A stretch of 55,948 bases of DNA from an uncultured Candidatus Peribacteria bacterium (lineage in GTDB: Bacteria > Patescibacteriota > Gracilibacteria > Absconditabacterales > Absconditicoccaceae), in NCBI GenBank assembly GCA_964501605.1, contig CAZCTB010000065.1, positions 1-55,948 of the forward strand, written 5' to 3'. Of this stretch, positions 55,447 to 55,948 are shown piece by piece (the first letter of the stretch is position 1; each line of letters begins with the position of its first letter). The notes below the pieces were generated by a model. That model saw only the letters and a program-made list of their open reading frames with translations, was not told where the DNA came from and ran no database searches. The translations under genes and the position numbers were made by a program.

Positions 55447-55948
55447 TTAATTATTTCAATTATATCTTAAATTAAATATATAGTCCCTATTTTCATTTTT
55501 ATCATGATAATAGATTGATATAGTCGGAAAATGGATTCATTTTTGTTCTAAAGCTCTGTTTATTTCCTCGTCTGATTTTTGGAATATCCATTTATGAAGA
55601 CTTAAAGGTAATTTAAATGATAATTTATAATTATTATCTTGATCAATTTGTTTTGGTGTTATTGTCCAAATCTTACCGTTATCTCAAATATCCCAAGTAA
55701 TTTTTATATTATGAGTTGGTTTATTTTTAGCATAGTTTAAAAATTCTACCGGATTATCCGCTTTTAACAACAACATGAATCATCACTTACTCATACCTAC
55801 GAATAATTGATTGTATGCTTCGAGAACCGAATCAAAAAGTTCATTACAGAATCACAATCATTCTTCATTATTAGGATGTTGTATGTTTTGATTTCACCAT
55901 CCAAATTTATGGCGTATATATTTTCTGATTTTCTTAATTTCCTCTTTA
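55447..55948 (-). CDS. Hypothetical protein, 5'-truncated by the window edge
   Basis: The open minus frame (TGA as Gly) runs from the window end to TAA at 55447-55449, 167 codons. No family recognised. Confidence 0.45.

Noticed and set aside
1-55948. Pervasive TGA interruptions might mean the window is full of pseudogenes.
   Set aside because: The interruptions are exclusively TGA, never TAA or TAG. They fall on conserved Gly positions, and frames are preserved over thousands of codons. Recoding explains this far better than decay.
53579-55948. RhuM-family gene plus DUF3892 plus an unknown gene as a defence or toxin-antitoxin or mobile islet.
   Set aside because: There is no integrase, recombinase, nuclease or toxin motif, and no flanking repeats. 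The association is too weak to claim.

Overview
This AT-rich window of about 56 kb only makes sense under a non-standard genetic code. Read with UGA as Gly (translation table 25), the many 60-110 aa standard-code ORF fragments fuse into about 45 full-length genes. They include trxA, topA, ftsK, grpE, uvrC, rlmE, ychF, secA, rimO, rpmG and rpsP. Invariant glycines in the FtsK, YchF and SecA P-loops and in the TopA DREGEA motif are TGA codons. CGA codons also sit at strictly conserved tryptophan positions in at least eight unrelated protein families, which suggests a second reassignment, CGA to Trp. Together these point to a Candidatus Absconditabacteria/Gracilibacteria-type (CPR) genome. The clearest accessory system is a complete diversity-generating retroelement at 38.1-41.0 kb, with a target gene carrying a VR, plus Avd, a reverse transcriptase and a TR, in an unusual inverted layout bracketed by 18-bp direct repeats. 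Other notable content: several families of GC-rich palindromic mini-elements, some inserted in frame inside housekeeping genes (rlmE, uvrC, rimO, a GT2 glycosyltransferase, an M15 peptidase); a small GIY-YIG nuclease gene wedged into a duplicated and rearranged tRNA locus; a ValRS homologue whose catalytic signature motifs appear eroded; and a block of very large orphan proteins (893, 1297, 751 and 966 aa). All calls come from manual translation and motif recognition, with no database search. Start codons are the least certain coordinates.
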